A stretch of 64,000 nucleotides of DNA from Piromyces finnis finn. Its lineage: Eukaryota > Fungi > Neocallimastigomycota. The position numbers were made by a program, and so were the translations under genes. The stretch lies in the NCBI GenBank assembly GCA_002104945.1, contig MCFH01000053.1, forward strand, positions 326,967 through 390,966. Direction: 5' to 3'. This document shows, piece by piece, positions 1-12,879 of the stretch. The first letter of the stretch is position 1. The number at the start of each line of letters is the position of its first letter. The notes beneath the pieces were generated by a model. The model was not told where the DNA came from. It searched no databases and saw nothing but the letters and a program-made list of their open reading frames with translations.

Positions 1-326
1 TTATACACATTGTCTTTTGTTCTTCCTGAACATATTGAATCTAATGAAGTCTTATGATTAACAGCATAATTATTTGGCATTAAATGATGATTAACAATTT
101 TTTCTAGAATATCGGAAGCATAAATGTATTCAATGGCAGGTCTTGGAGTTAAAAGACCGCAACTTAAGTCTTTCTCTGAAAGTGTTAAAAGAGAGGTTGA
201 ATTTGCTTGATTAATTGGATTTAAAGAACCGTCATCTAATGAATTTCTTTTATATTGATTGATAGATGGTAAAGAATCAAAAATTGTTGTAGATGAGAAA
301 TTAAGTGAACTATCTATACTATTCAT
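1..326 (-). CDS. 5' portion of an unknown protein that runs off the left edge of the window
   Basis: The ATG at 326 opens a stop-free frame to position 1 (MNSIDSSLNFSSTTIFDSLPSINQYKRNSLDDGSLNPINQANSTSLLTLSEKDLSCGLLTPRPAIEYIYASDILEKIVNHHLMPNNY...). GC is elevated relative to the flank. No family recognised. Confidence 0.6.
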   Translation of the reverse strand, partial: MNSIDSSLNFSSTTIFDSLPSINQYKRNSLDDGSLNPINQANSTSLLTLSEKDLSCGLLTPRPAIEYIYASDILEKIVNHHLMPNNYAVNHKTSLDSICSGRTKDNVY

Positions 327-901
327 TTTTCTATTACTTTTTTCATATTAATATTAAATGATGGAAAAATGTTACTAAATTAAATATATTAGTGTTAAAT
401 TGTTTTTTTTTTTAAATTTTGTGATTTAATATGATTTAATTAATAAATGAAAAAGATAAAAGCTTAAAAAAAAGTATATGAATATAAAGAATTATTGTTT
501 TATTGTTTATGTCTTTTATGTATACAAAAACTTAATAAAATTTTACTATATAATTTGATGATAATATAGAAACTTTAATTTGTATTATTTTATCTAATTC
601 TAAAAAATTATAATAATAATTAAACTTTTTAAAATTAGAAAATAAAAACAAAACATAATAAAAATTTTTGTGTAGTATTATTGTTGATTTATTTTATTAA
701 TTTATTTTTTTTTTTTTTTATTATTTGATTTTGAATATTGTCAATTAATACACATTATTTTAATAGAAAGATATTCATCAAAAACTATTATATCTATATA
801 TTTAATAATAGTAGAAAAAAGAAAAGAATTATATATTTTATTTATTCAGGAAATATTATAATAGCACTGTTCGTTAATAATTCGTGTTAAAATTTAACAG
901 A

Positions 902-3900
902 ATGGGAATATCTGTTAGACGTGCTTCTGCGGATGATGTAGAAGAAATATATAGATTGATTAAAGTGGATGATTATTCATTAAATAAGTTAAAATTAAAA
1001 TACGGAACTTCTAATATATCTTATTTAATGTAATAATTTCTTTTATTAGGTTTTATATATATATTAAAATTTACAATATATAAATATATTCTAATATGCA
1101 TATATTATTTTTTAAAAAATTCATAAAATAAAAGTGATACTTCTGCGATAAGTATTGTTGGTATTAATAATGATGATCATCAAATAATTGGATTTATAAG
1201 TGTATCGTTATCACCTTATAAAAATTACTTAAGAAATAAAGACTGGACAAAAGAACTTCCAGTTTCTTTTGAAATAAAAGACTGTCATGTATGTTTATAT
1301 AGTTAAAATAATATAATTATTGTAATTATATATTTTCTTAAATTATATATACATTAAGTGAAAGAAAATGGTGATAAAAATAAAAATATAATTAATTAGT
1401 TTAACTAATACATTTTTATATAAATAACTATACATATATAAAAGGCTCATAATACAATGTTTTTATCATGCTGTGCTTATAATTCAAAATTTACTGTCGA
1501 TTTCTTATTTTATTCATTAAAACAAATATTCCTTAGTATACCAAACTTAAAGTACATTGGTTATTTACTACCAAAAAGTCAATCAATTGATGAAGCTTTA
1601 TGTAATAATGTTCCACCAAGATCATATAATGGAAGTAATTATTATAATAACCAAAATATATATAAAAATGAAAATACTGAAAGTTTTTCAGCTATTCAAG
1701 CAATGTCAGCAACGAAACAACGATTTTTCTTTAACAAATGTAGAATCGCAGGAAATGAAGAAGATATTACAGAAACAGTTTGCCCAAATAATTTGTGGGT
1801 ATGTTTCCGTAAAGATTTAGTATACATTATGAAAATTAGAAAAGCAAGAGTTGAGGATTGTGATGATTTAATTCCAATGTTTAAACAAAAAAAAGTAATA
1901 ATTGCTATTTTTTTTAAAAAATAAAGAAGTTATATATAAAGGTTATAAGAATACTTGTATTAATATTAATAATCTTAAATATTATTATATTCATTTATTA
2001 ATAGCTTATAGATGATCCTGATAGTATTTATTATTTTTCTGAATTATTAGAAAATAAAGATGAAAATGTTAATACTATTGTAGCAGAGGTAAGAAATAAT
2101 AATAATAATAAACATAATAATAATAACCATAATAAACATAATAATAATAATAAACATAATAATAATAAACATAATAATAATAAACATAATAATAATAATA
2201 ATAATAATAATAAACATAATAATAATAATAATAATATTTTTAATTACTTTTTATAAAATATATTATATAATTTATAATTAAAAAAAAAGATAAATAATAA
2301 AATTGTTGGATTTATGTCAATGAGAAGTAATATTGAATATTCCGAAATTCTTGATCAATTTGATTTAGATATTTACGAGACATTATTAAATGGTATAAAT
2401 AGATATAAAATATATTATTTAATATTTAAATATTATATCATTGTATTATCAATTGAAGTCTTAGTTATTTAATTATTAATAAAAAGATATTATAATTGTG
2501 GATGTTGATGATGATGTCATAAGTGATTTCAGTTCAGCAAACATTAGTAATAAATCAAAAAAGGATTCAAAATCAAATATAGCCAAAAGTGTGGATACAA
2601 ATTCTTTAGAAAACAAGAATGTAGAAAAAAAAGAAACGGAAAAAGTTGGAGGAAAGAAAGCAACTATTGATCAAATAACAAAAGATCAATCAAATTCTCA
2701 AAATTTAAATATTTCTTCTAAAGTAAAAAGTTCTAATAACAGTTTTAGTAAACCAGAAAAAAATGATATTCAATATGCTAATAATGAAAGTCAGAAAAGT
2801 ATTGAAAATATATGCTTATCTACAGAAAATTTTACTGAATCAGAACCTACTAAAGTAACAGAAATTGAGGAAAATGATAATATTTCGGAAAGTAATGAAA
2901 GTATTAATGACTTTAAAAAAATTGCATATTTAAATAATGCTGTTTGCATTAATTTGTTTTTTATTGATGACTACTATGCTTCATATTCTAATGCATTTTT
3001 AAAGGTATAAATTAAGATCATAAAAATTAAATTTAATTATTTGATAAATAAATATTAAATCTCACTTTTTATTTTATATTTATTACTTTTTTTTTTTCAA
3101 TATATTATTTATTATAAAAATTTAATAATACACAATATTTCATTTCTTTTCAAGGCTGCATTTAATATTTATCCAGATAAAGAATATTGTTTAATTAGTT
3201 TACCTACTATGGAATTATCTATTCCATTATTAGAATATATGACAAGAGTTGATTATAGAGAAGATTCTAATATAAGGCATTCTCTCTATTTAAGTCATCG
3301 TGAAAGTACTTTGAATGATATATCAGTTCGTAAAGGAGTAGATGGAGATGTTTCACAAATAGAAAAATTAATTGAAAATATACCAGAATATGTAACAATT
3401 ATACATAATGTAAAAATGGCAATTCTTTCAATGGAAAATGAAACAGAAATTAATGAAAAAAGTGGTAAATAATATTAAAAAAATTAAATAATTTATTTTT
3501 TTTTAATATTTATTTTCATTTTATTATAATTATATATTAATAAATAATAATAATTTGGTTATTAATGATATTTTTATTAACTTACCCACTAACTCTTATA
3601 TATATTTTATAAAAAAAAGTTTTATATGTTGCTGAATGTTTAGGAATGATTGTAGGATTCGCAATATTAAAAACATATGATTCATCAAATGTATTAATTG
3701 AACAATTTAATATTGAAAAATATTGTACTAAAGAAAATCATCGTTTTGATAAGAATGATGAATTTATTTTATCATTTATTGTAATGAATCCATTATATGA
3801 GAATAAAGCGAGATATTTCCTTGAGGTAATAATAGTAATATAATTTCAAATAATATAACGACAACACTTAAATATATTTTTAAAAACAATGATATATATT

Positions 3901-6900
3901 TATATTTACTAAATATATTAATTGTTATGAATAGGAAATTATGAGACAAACTGAAATATCATGCTTAATTCATACATTTAATGATGTTATTGATTTTTCT
4001 TCTCATAAAATTATTTCCAAGGAATTTGTACCAATAAAAAGAAGAAGACAGTAATTATATTTTTTTTTTTGTATTAATTACAATAATAATATGAAATATT
4101 ACAAACTAGCTATCATGAAAAACTTGTTTATAATAAATATTTATATTTATATTATATTATAATAAATATATAGAATTCAATTTGTTGATAATAAACGTGA
4201 TAAATATGAAGTTGCTGGACATTTAGATTACAATATTTCTTTAATTACGACAAATCTATTATATGAACCAAAGGTATGTCTATCAAACAATTAAAAGATA
4301 ATGAAAATTAAAAATGAATTAATAAATATATATATTATATAATAATTTAATTTATTAGATTACTATAAACACTAGAATTGTGGTTATTGGAGCATCAGAT
4401 ACAGGAATTTCATTTTTGGAGACATTAATTTATGTAAATATAATATTTATTATATCATATTATTAAAAATTCAAAACTATTTATTAATCTATTTAATATC
4501 AAAAATATTAGAAATCCCATTATTTATTCAATAATTTGGTTTTAATATCGGATAAAGAAGTTTTTGGAAGCAAGGAATGTCCATATGCTGTTGACCAAAT
4601 GAATTATTCTGTTCATGAGTAAATAATAATATAAAAAATATGTTTTATGTTAATAAAGATACATATTTATTAATTTCTCTTTTTTATAATTTATTTGCAA
4701 TTAAAAAAAAAAAAAGTCTTGAAAAGATGAACATCGAAAACTATATTCAATTTATTAACAATGTTGTTAATGTTATTAATCGTGAAGATAAAAATGTTGT
4801 TATTGATACAGGAGAAGTGATAGAGTAATTGACAATTTATGTATACATATATCTTACCGTTATTAAATATATTAATATTTTAAATGTTATATTTAAAGAT
4901 ATGATTATCTTATTATTGCTACTGGAATGCAATTTCATCCAGAAATTCTTGGCAAAAAATTTGCTGAGCTTAAAGGAATTTACTCAGGAACAGAAATTGA
5001 AACCTGCATTGAATATATAGGTAACATAGATATTAATGACATTAGCAGAGACCAATTATTTATAGTGTATGTATTTGGTAAAAAAAATGTTTTTATGAAA
5101 TATATTAAAAAAAAAGTTAAACTAAACTTATATAAATATATAGTTATGGTAATGATATTCAAGCATTCCCAATTATAAGAGGTATGTAATTTATCAATAA
5201 TTTAATTAGTATTATGATATTATAAAAATATAAATAATATTTATTTAATATATATAATATATAATATATTTATAATTAATAAAAAAAAGCACTTCTTGAA
5301 AATGTTCCACCTGATCAAATCTTCTTTATTGTTCCAAATTTTGATAAAAAAATTCGTCATTGGTTTGATAATAGAACTTTAGAAAAAAAAGTAATCTCTA
5401 TAATAAGATAAAAAAAAGATAACTATTTTAATTATTGTAATTTATAAGAAATTCATTAACCAATTAATATTTTTCTTTTCATTTTAGGTATTAACACTTC
5501 TTAGCAGTTTAGGTGTTAATATATTATTAAATTATCAAATTGTATCATTTGACAGTCAAGCTTTTAAATTAACTGATATTTCATTAAGAGTAAAATATTT
5601 TTATACTTTAACATAATAATTCATTTTTTGATATTAATATAATATAAACATATATATTGTTATATAAAACATGAAATATAATTTTCTCAATATGATCATA
5701 GAGCACTAAAGATGAAATTTCTGAAGACATTAATTTACATAATGTTGACTCATTCTTTTATGTTGATAAAAAATCAGCTGATAGTAATATTTTTAATGCT
5801 ATTAATAATTCATTTTTAGTCTTTGATGGAAACTTAATTATTGACAGCCATTTTCAAACTAATGATGATTTTATGTAAATAAATATATTTATGAAAAATA
5901 TCTATTTTTTTTAATATATCCTTTAGAATAATATTAATATAAGTCTAATTTTTATATAAAATCATATATAATAGTTTCTCAGCCGGTTCATTAACAAGAT
6001 ATACAAGTAAATATGAAACTTTATGGAATCATAGTTATTATAATTCAAAAGAATGTGGAAAGAAGGTAATATATTAATAATTTTATATATTATTAAAATT
6101 TAATGAAATGCAATTTTATTTCAATAATTATTAAATTATTTCTTTTAAATAATTTAATTTTTTTTTTCACTATAGTTGGCAAATACTTTATTACCAATTT
6201 TTGAAGGTAATAAAGATGCAATTAAAAACATTAAAAAAGAAAATGAAGCTTTAATCAGTTTTAATGATTTAGTAGCTTCTCGTTGTCTTTTACCAGAAAA
6301 TATGATGTATTTCCATTTTGATAGACCTTATATCTATAATCAAACTAAATCATTTAGAAAGACAGATAAAGAAAATTATGTAAGAATTTCTTTTTAAAAT
6401 GTATTTTATAAAGTATAAACTTTATTTATTAAATATTATAAAAATATTCAATATTAAAAAAATATATTTACTAAAAGGGAAGGGATCTGGTTATCAATAA
6501 CTTTAAAGATATAAGAAAGAAGGATAAAGAAATCGAATATTTCCATATTCATATTGATCCTTATGGTTTCATTCAAGCATTGACTTATGTAGGTAAAGAA
6601 GATATATTTTGTGAAAATATGATTTGTCTTTATGGTATGCATGAAAAGTATTTGAACCGTTTAATATCCAGATTCGATGAAGGAATTATACCCGACTTTA
6701 ATAAGTAAATATAATATATATATAATCTTAATCGGTGGAATAACCTTTTATTACTAATATAAAGAAAATGAATATTAATACTAATTATTTTTACTAATTT
6801 ATTAATATATTAATAACAGATTCCTTAATGAACCATGGGCTCAACCATTATTCTATGATCGTTTCCGTTCTTACATGAAACGGTTACGTGATGATTTAAT

Positions 6901-7314
6901 GAACCCTTCACCATCTTCAGTACCTCTTCTTCCAATAGGACAAAATGATGAAGAAAATGAAAATGCAGATGAAAAACCAATGGAGATGAAAGAAATTCTT
7001 GATAGATTATACCAATATGTTGCTAAAAATGAAATTGTAATGTTTTTTATTTTATTTTCGTTTGAAAAATCAAAAAAAAAAAAAAAAAGCATAAATATTT
7101 TTATCTTTTAATATTAAAACATTAAAATATTAATATTTATAAATTTTATTGGCAATGAATATTTTTTATGTATATATATATATTAACAAATTAGGTTCCA
7201 GAAGAGGAAAGAGTTAAATTATATAGTTCCTTTGATAGATCCTTTGATCGTAAGAAGATAGATTACACTATCTATAGATATTTAGTAGAATCCGGTTTCT
7301 ATAACTTTCCATAA
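902..7314 (+). CDS. CFAP61: Cilia- and flagella-associated protein 61 (CFAP61/C20orf26 family), multi-exon
   Basis: Spliced exons give MGISVRRASADDVEEI..., IRKARVEDCDDLIPMF (CFAP61 N-terminal region), a Rossmann-like TRIVVIGASDTGISFLETL, YDYLIIATGMQF, and a C-terminal LITYVGKEDIFCENMICLYGMHEKYLNRLISRFDEGIIPDF..FLNEPWAQPLFYDRF. Introns are GT-AG; stop TAA at 7312-7314. Confidence 0.85.
2097..2235. repeat. Compound microsatellite (AAT)n interrupted by AAACAT, in a CFAP61 intron
   Basis: Directly visible aataataataataaacat units. Confidence 0.9.
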
Positions 7315-8194
7315 AATAAAGAAAGCTAATACAAAATTATTTAAATAATTCAAAAATAAAAATTAACTTTTTTTTTTTTTTTTGGATATATATATATAAG
7401 CTATATTATTAATATACATTAAGTGATCATATAATACATAAATTTATTAACAACATATATTACATTAGATAAATAGGTTATTAAAAAAAAGAAACAAAAA
7501 ATATTTGTTATAATTTAATAGTTTAGTTCTCTATATACCAGTAGAAATGTTAATAGTTTCTTTTTAAAAAATTTTGTTGTGTATATGGGAAAAAGTTTGA
7601 AACATCCACACTTGTAAAAACAAAAAATAAAAAATAATAAAAAAAAAATCTATTAAATTTAAATGATATATATATATATATAAAGATTAAGAAAAAGGGT
7701 ATATTTATTTAGCCATAATATTATTTAAAAATATTTATATATCAAATCAATTGTTATATTAATAATATATATTTAAGAGAAAAGTGAATTTATAATGATC
7801 AAGAAAATGCAATAGCAATTTTCATATTTTAATATCTATTATAAATTATTTATTACACTTTTTTTTTTTTTTTTTCAATATGCAATTTTTTAATGTGAAT
7901 TAATAGATAGAATTAATATTTATTCAAAATAATAAAATAATAATATAATAAATCAATAATATATGCTACAGATCATCTATTTTTAAATATATATATAATT
8001 TAAAATCAAAAACAAAAACAGTAATATATGAATGTTCTCTATAAAACGATACTTGATATACTAATATACTAGAGTATTAAATTAAAATATATAATTTATT
8101 TATATTAAAAAAAAATTAGAAAAAAAAATTCTTTTTTTTTTGATTACTTTTCATTAATATATCATGATTTTTTTTTTTTGATTATTTGAAGATA

Positions 8195-11100
8195 TTAATG
8201 AAAATGGAATATATTAAATTTATTTAAAAGGCTATGATGTCCTTCTGTGGATATCTCTTTTTTTTCTTCTTTTATTCCCTTTTTCGATTCTTCTTGACTG
8301 TGATGAAGGTGAAAGTGAGGAGTATGTGGTATATTAAAGAAATGATGGTGGGATTTATGATTATTAGAATTTTCAGATGATGAATTATTAGATTTTTGAC
8401 TATTTTCTCTTTTTATCTTTGATAAATCAATTTTTAAATGCTCTTTTGATTTTGTAAATATTCTTGATATTCTAATAGTCTCACGGAAAGAATTATGGTG
8501 TTGTTCAATATTAGAAGATGATGCTTGTTCTTTTTTTACTTCCTTTGATTCTGAAATCATTTCATTAGCCTTTTTTATTTTTTCAATTTCCTTGTTTTCT
8601 ATATTATTTGGATTATTTGTTTTTTCTGTGGTATTCAAAAAATGTTGTTTACCTTCTTTTTCTTCAGGAAATACTAGCTTGTTCTTTTCTTCTTTTGTTT
8701 CATTCTTTTCATCCTTTATTTCAAACAATTTTTGCTTTTTTTCATTGTTAACTTTATTTTCAATACCATTTTCTACATTTAATATATTACTAAATGTATT
8801 ATCCATATTTTGTTTTTCAGTTATATTTTGTTCTTCTTTACTCTTATTATTTGATTTTGGGAATTCAAATGAGTCTGTTGATTTGAAATCTTTATTTGGT
8901 AATGAAGTGAAAGTTAATGAATGAGGCAAATTAAATTTATGTAGCTGATTGTGATGTTCATGTTTTTGATTATGTTTTTGATTATGTTTTTGATCACTAT
9001 TTTGATGATGGTGATGGTGATGATGGTGATGATGGTGAGAATGATGATGACCAAGACTAATACTGTGGTGCTTATGTAAACGTCCATGATGATATTGACA
9101 ACTTTTAACAACAGATTTAGGTTTGGAATAGTGTCGTTCATTATTGTGTCCGTAATCATGATGCTCTTCTCTTTTTTCAAACGTTTCAAAGATATTTGCT
9201 GTTTGTGGACATACATACGATTTTTCACTTTCTGTATCACTTAATCCTTTAATATGATGAAGTCTAAAAGCATCTTCATCAGCCAAACTGTCATGAAATT
9301 GTTCAACAATATTAACAGAAGATTTTGAGCGTTGCTTTAGACTTGAGTTATCTTTATTTAAAGTACTATCTAAATTTAATGGTGTTAAAGGCTTTATGGA
9401 ATTATGAAGAATGCCACTATGACTATGACGACGAATGATTTTTCTAGGAGTAATTGAAGTATCATTTTCTTTATTAATCGAGTTTGTTTCCTTATCCTGT
9501 TTTATTTTATTATTGATGGCATTTTTGTAATGAGAATAAGCCCTCATACGATCAGATGAGGTAATTTGACTCTTATCAAATCCAGAAAATTTTTGTGATG
9601 ATTGCAAGTGTGCTTTTATGTTATGCTTATCAAAACTAGCAACAGAAGAAACGGAAGAATCTTGACTCATAACATCGAAGTTATTACTACTGCATTCTTC
9701 ACTTGTAATACTAGCAATAGAACTTGGAGCTTGGAGGATAAAATGACTATTGATTTGGTTTGGACGATGATGATTGATATTTTTATTATTGTAACTGATC
9801 TTTGAGGATGGACAGTAACTACTACAACTGTAACAACAAGTACTACAATAAGTGCTACTACCACATTCTTCTGACAATGCAGAACTATATGAAGAACAGG
9901 AACTGTAAACACTTTCATTACCAATATATTCCATAATTCTCATATTTTGATTAAGATGGACATGCTCTCCAGAATATTGTGAAGAATTACTACTAAATGT
10001 GGATATAGAATTTACATAAGGTGAATTTGGTTCAGATTTTGTAATCATCATTGATTTAATTAAATCCGAATTTAATTTAGCAATAAATTGCATCTCCCTC
10101 TCACTTATGGTATTATTACCTTGTGGATGTTGGTGAAGATCATCATTTACTAAAGTATCTTTACTTAAATCTTCTGAACTAAGATTACTAGATTTTTGAT
10201 GTCTTAAATTATTTAAAGTACCATCACTTTCAAAACCCGATGATTTACTATAATTTTCCTCTTTATTGGCTTCATTTATTTTTCGGTTTAATTCTTCTAT
10301 ATGAATATTATGATTATGATTTGTAATTTTTTCGATTTGTTCAGATGAACACTGACATTCATGAGATACTAACGAAGAATTTGATAGTTTTTGTGGTATA
10401 ATCTTTTCTTCATCCTTTATTGAATGATCTTCAGAAATATCTTCAGATTTCTTTTCCTCATCTTTTACTTTTATTAAACAATTTTCTGAGTCATCTTCAG
10501 ATTTTTCTTCTGTAAATGTTTCACCTTTCTTTACATTTTTATGAGTATCTGACATAGATTTACTATAGTGATGATGATTTTTTTTCATGTGATGGTGATT
10601 CCACAAAGATGAAGCCATATTTATAAGCTTAATATTAAGAGAACGACTTGAACGACCACTTACATTACTAATATTGTCATCAAACAATTCACTACTAGAA
10701 TAATCTGATTCATCTTCATGTACTTTCTCATATTTACTAAATTCGTCTATTTCTTGTTGATTACCATGGCAATTGTTCTCACTCTCATGATGAGGTTTAT
10801 TTTGTTTTTCTTCTTGAATGACTTCATTTATTTCCTCTTGTGTAAAATGTTTCAATGCCGACTTAGCATCTGGAACACCTTCAAAATTAGCCTTTAAATA
10901 CCATTTGATAGCTTCTTTTGGATTCTTTTCTAATATATTTTCTAAACCTTCTTCAAAGAGCCAACCTAAAATATATTGAGCTTTGGCCTTTGAGAATCTT
11001 TGAGTACTATTATTAACATAGGTTGAATTTGAAGCTCTACGAATCCAATATAATGCTTCAGAATCATCTTGTGGAATATCCGGTGGTGAACCAGCTAGAT

Positions 11101-12879
11101 ATAAATGACAAAGAGAAATTTTTGCTTCAATGCAATGGCCATTAGCAGCTTGGGTAAACCAATATACAGCTTTTTTCATATTACGTGGATAAGTCAGATG
11201 TCCATGTTGATAACAATAACCCAAATAATCTTGAGCATCGACACAATACTTTTCTGCAGCCATTCTAAGATATGATGCAGCAGATTTTTGATCTTTTTCT
11301 TTATCAGTAGTCATTCCTTTTTCATAAAACTTAGAAAGTTGGTACATAGCTTCACCGACAACAATTTGTTCTTTAGAATCAATACTCCATGTACAACGAT
11401 GAAGCCAACGAATAGATTCTTTTTTAGATTTTTTACAGTCAATTTCACCATGAAGATAAGCCATACTTAAACGATACATTGCTTTACAATAACTATTTAA
11501 TGCAGCATGTCTATAATACTTTTGGGCAATTTTATTATCTTTTGGAATAGATGGTAATATTCCTGATTCATAATATCTAGCTAATTGAAAGGTTGCTGCT
11601 GGATAATGAAATTCATGAGCTTCTTTGAAGATATCATATGCCTTTTGATAATCTTTTTCGTATACATAATGTAACCCAATTTGATATAGTTGTGTAACAT
11701 GACTTTTATCAAAGTGATAATCCTATTTATATAGAAAAGTTATTAGTCATATATTTATATTAGTATTATATATTTTTATTTAAATACATATATATAACAA
11801 AATAAAGCTAAAATATAATATTTATTTAATTTTTAATATTCATTTTTATAAATCATTTTAATAAAAACTTAAATTATTTTAGAGTTACTATGTTTAATTA
11901 TATAATTATAACATTTATATTAAATATTTATATACTTTTAATATTTCAACAGCTTCTTTACGTAATGATATACATTCTAAATCATCTTCTTTAAAATGAT
12001 CTGCATCACTCAATAACTTCAAAGCATAATTTATTTTGGAATTTGATGAACATCCATTATTTCTTCGACAATTATTTGAATTCGAAGAAGAAAATATATT
12101 ATTTTGATGTTTAGTCACGGGGTCTGAATCAAGTTTATTCTTTTTAATATTTTCTTTATTTTGGATTAAAGTATTACTAGTATTAATATCATTATTATCT
12201 GAAATTTCATTAATTTCATCATTTTCATTTAAAGGAGTGTTAATTTTTGGGGAATCTTTTGGTTTAGAAGATTGGGAAGGACTTTGGATGTGAAGTGAGG
12301 AAGTATTTGATAAAGATAAAGATTTTAAGGCAGGATTATTATTTTTTAAAGCGGAGCTAATATTATTACCATAACCAGTTGCTGCAGCTGCAACAATATT
12401 TACTGCATTATTTTTATCAATAAGAGATTTTGTATTATTTGTATTGTGACGATTGTATGCAGCATAAGCTGCTGCTGTAGCTACTGCTGTAGTAGAAGTT
12501 GATACATTAGTACTTGAGGAGGGATATGAACGATATGAAGATTGGACTAATCTATGACGTCTTGGTGGTGGAGGAAGTGTATTTTTTTTAATTTTTGAAT
12601 TTGAATTTCTTTTTTGTAAATGCTTATTTATTGGTTTTGCTGCATTGATATTTGTTGTTTTGTTATCAGTATAAGCATGTATTTTTCCTTTTTTTTTTAT
12701 TATTATTAAAAAAAAAAAACATTTAATTTTAATAATATATTAAATTATTAATTATTTATAGATATCCATTAATAAACATATAAACATATAATACATATAA
12801 TTTTATAAATTTTATATTAATAATTTCTATATTTTTTTTTGAGATTTATATTAATTTATATAATACCTGTTGATTTCAT
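8195..12879 (-). CDS. Sel1-like repeat protein resembling the chitin synthase activator Chs4/Skt5, with a long low-complexity His/Ser/Cys-rich C-terminal extension (about 1430 aa)
   Basis: Exons 12867-12879 (ATGAAATCAACAG), 11936-12687 and 8195-11722 join in frame. Sel1 repeats: AATFQLARYYESG, AMYRLSMAYLHGE..KKESIRWLHRC, AQDYLGYCYQHG..KAVYWFTQAA, AKISLCHLYLAG..QDDSEALYWIRRAS, KAQYILGWLFEEG..KEAIKWYLKA. The order and wording resemble recalled Skt5/Chs4 repeats. Confidence 0.75.

Noticed and set aside
8592-11470. Plus-strand and alternative-frame ORFs (8592, 8914, 9602, 9667, 11288)
   Set aside because: Shadow ORFs of the long low-complexity Sel1 gene exon.
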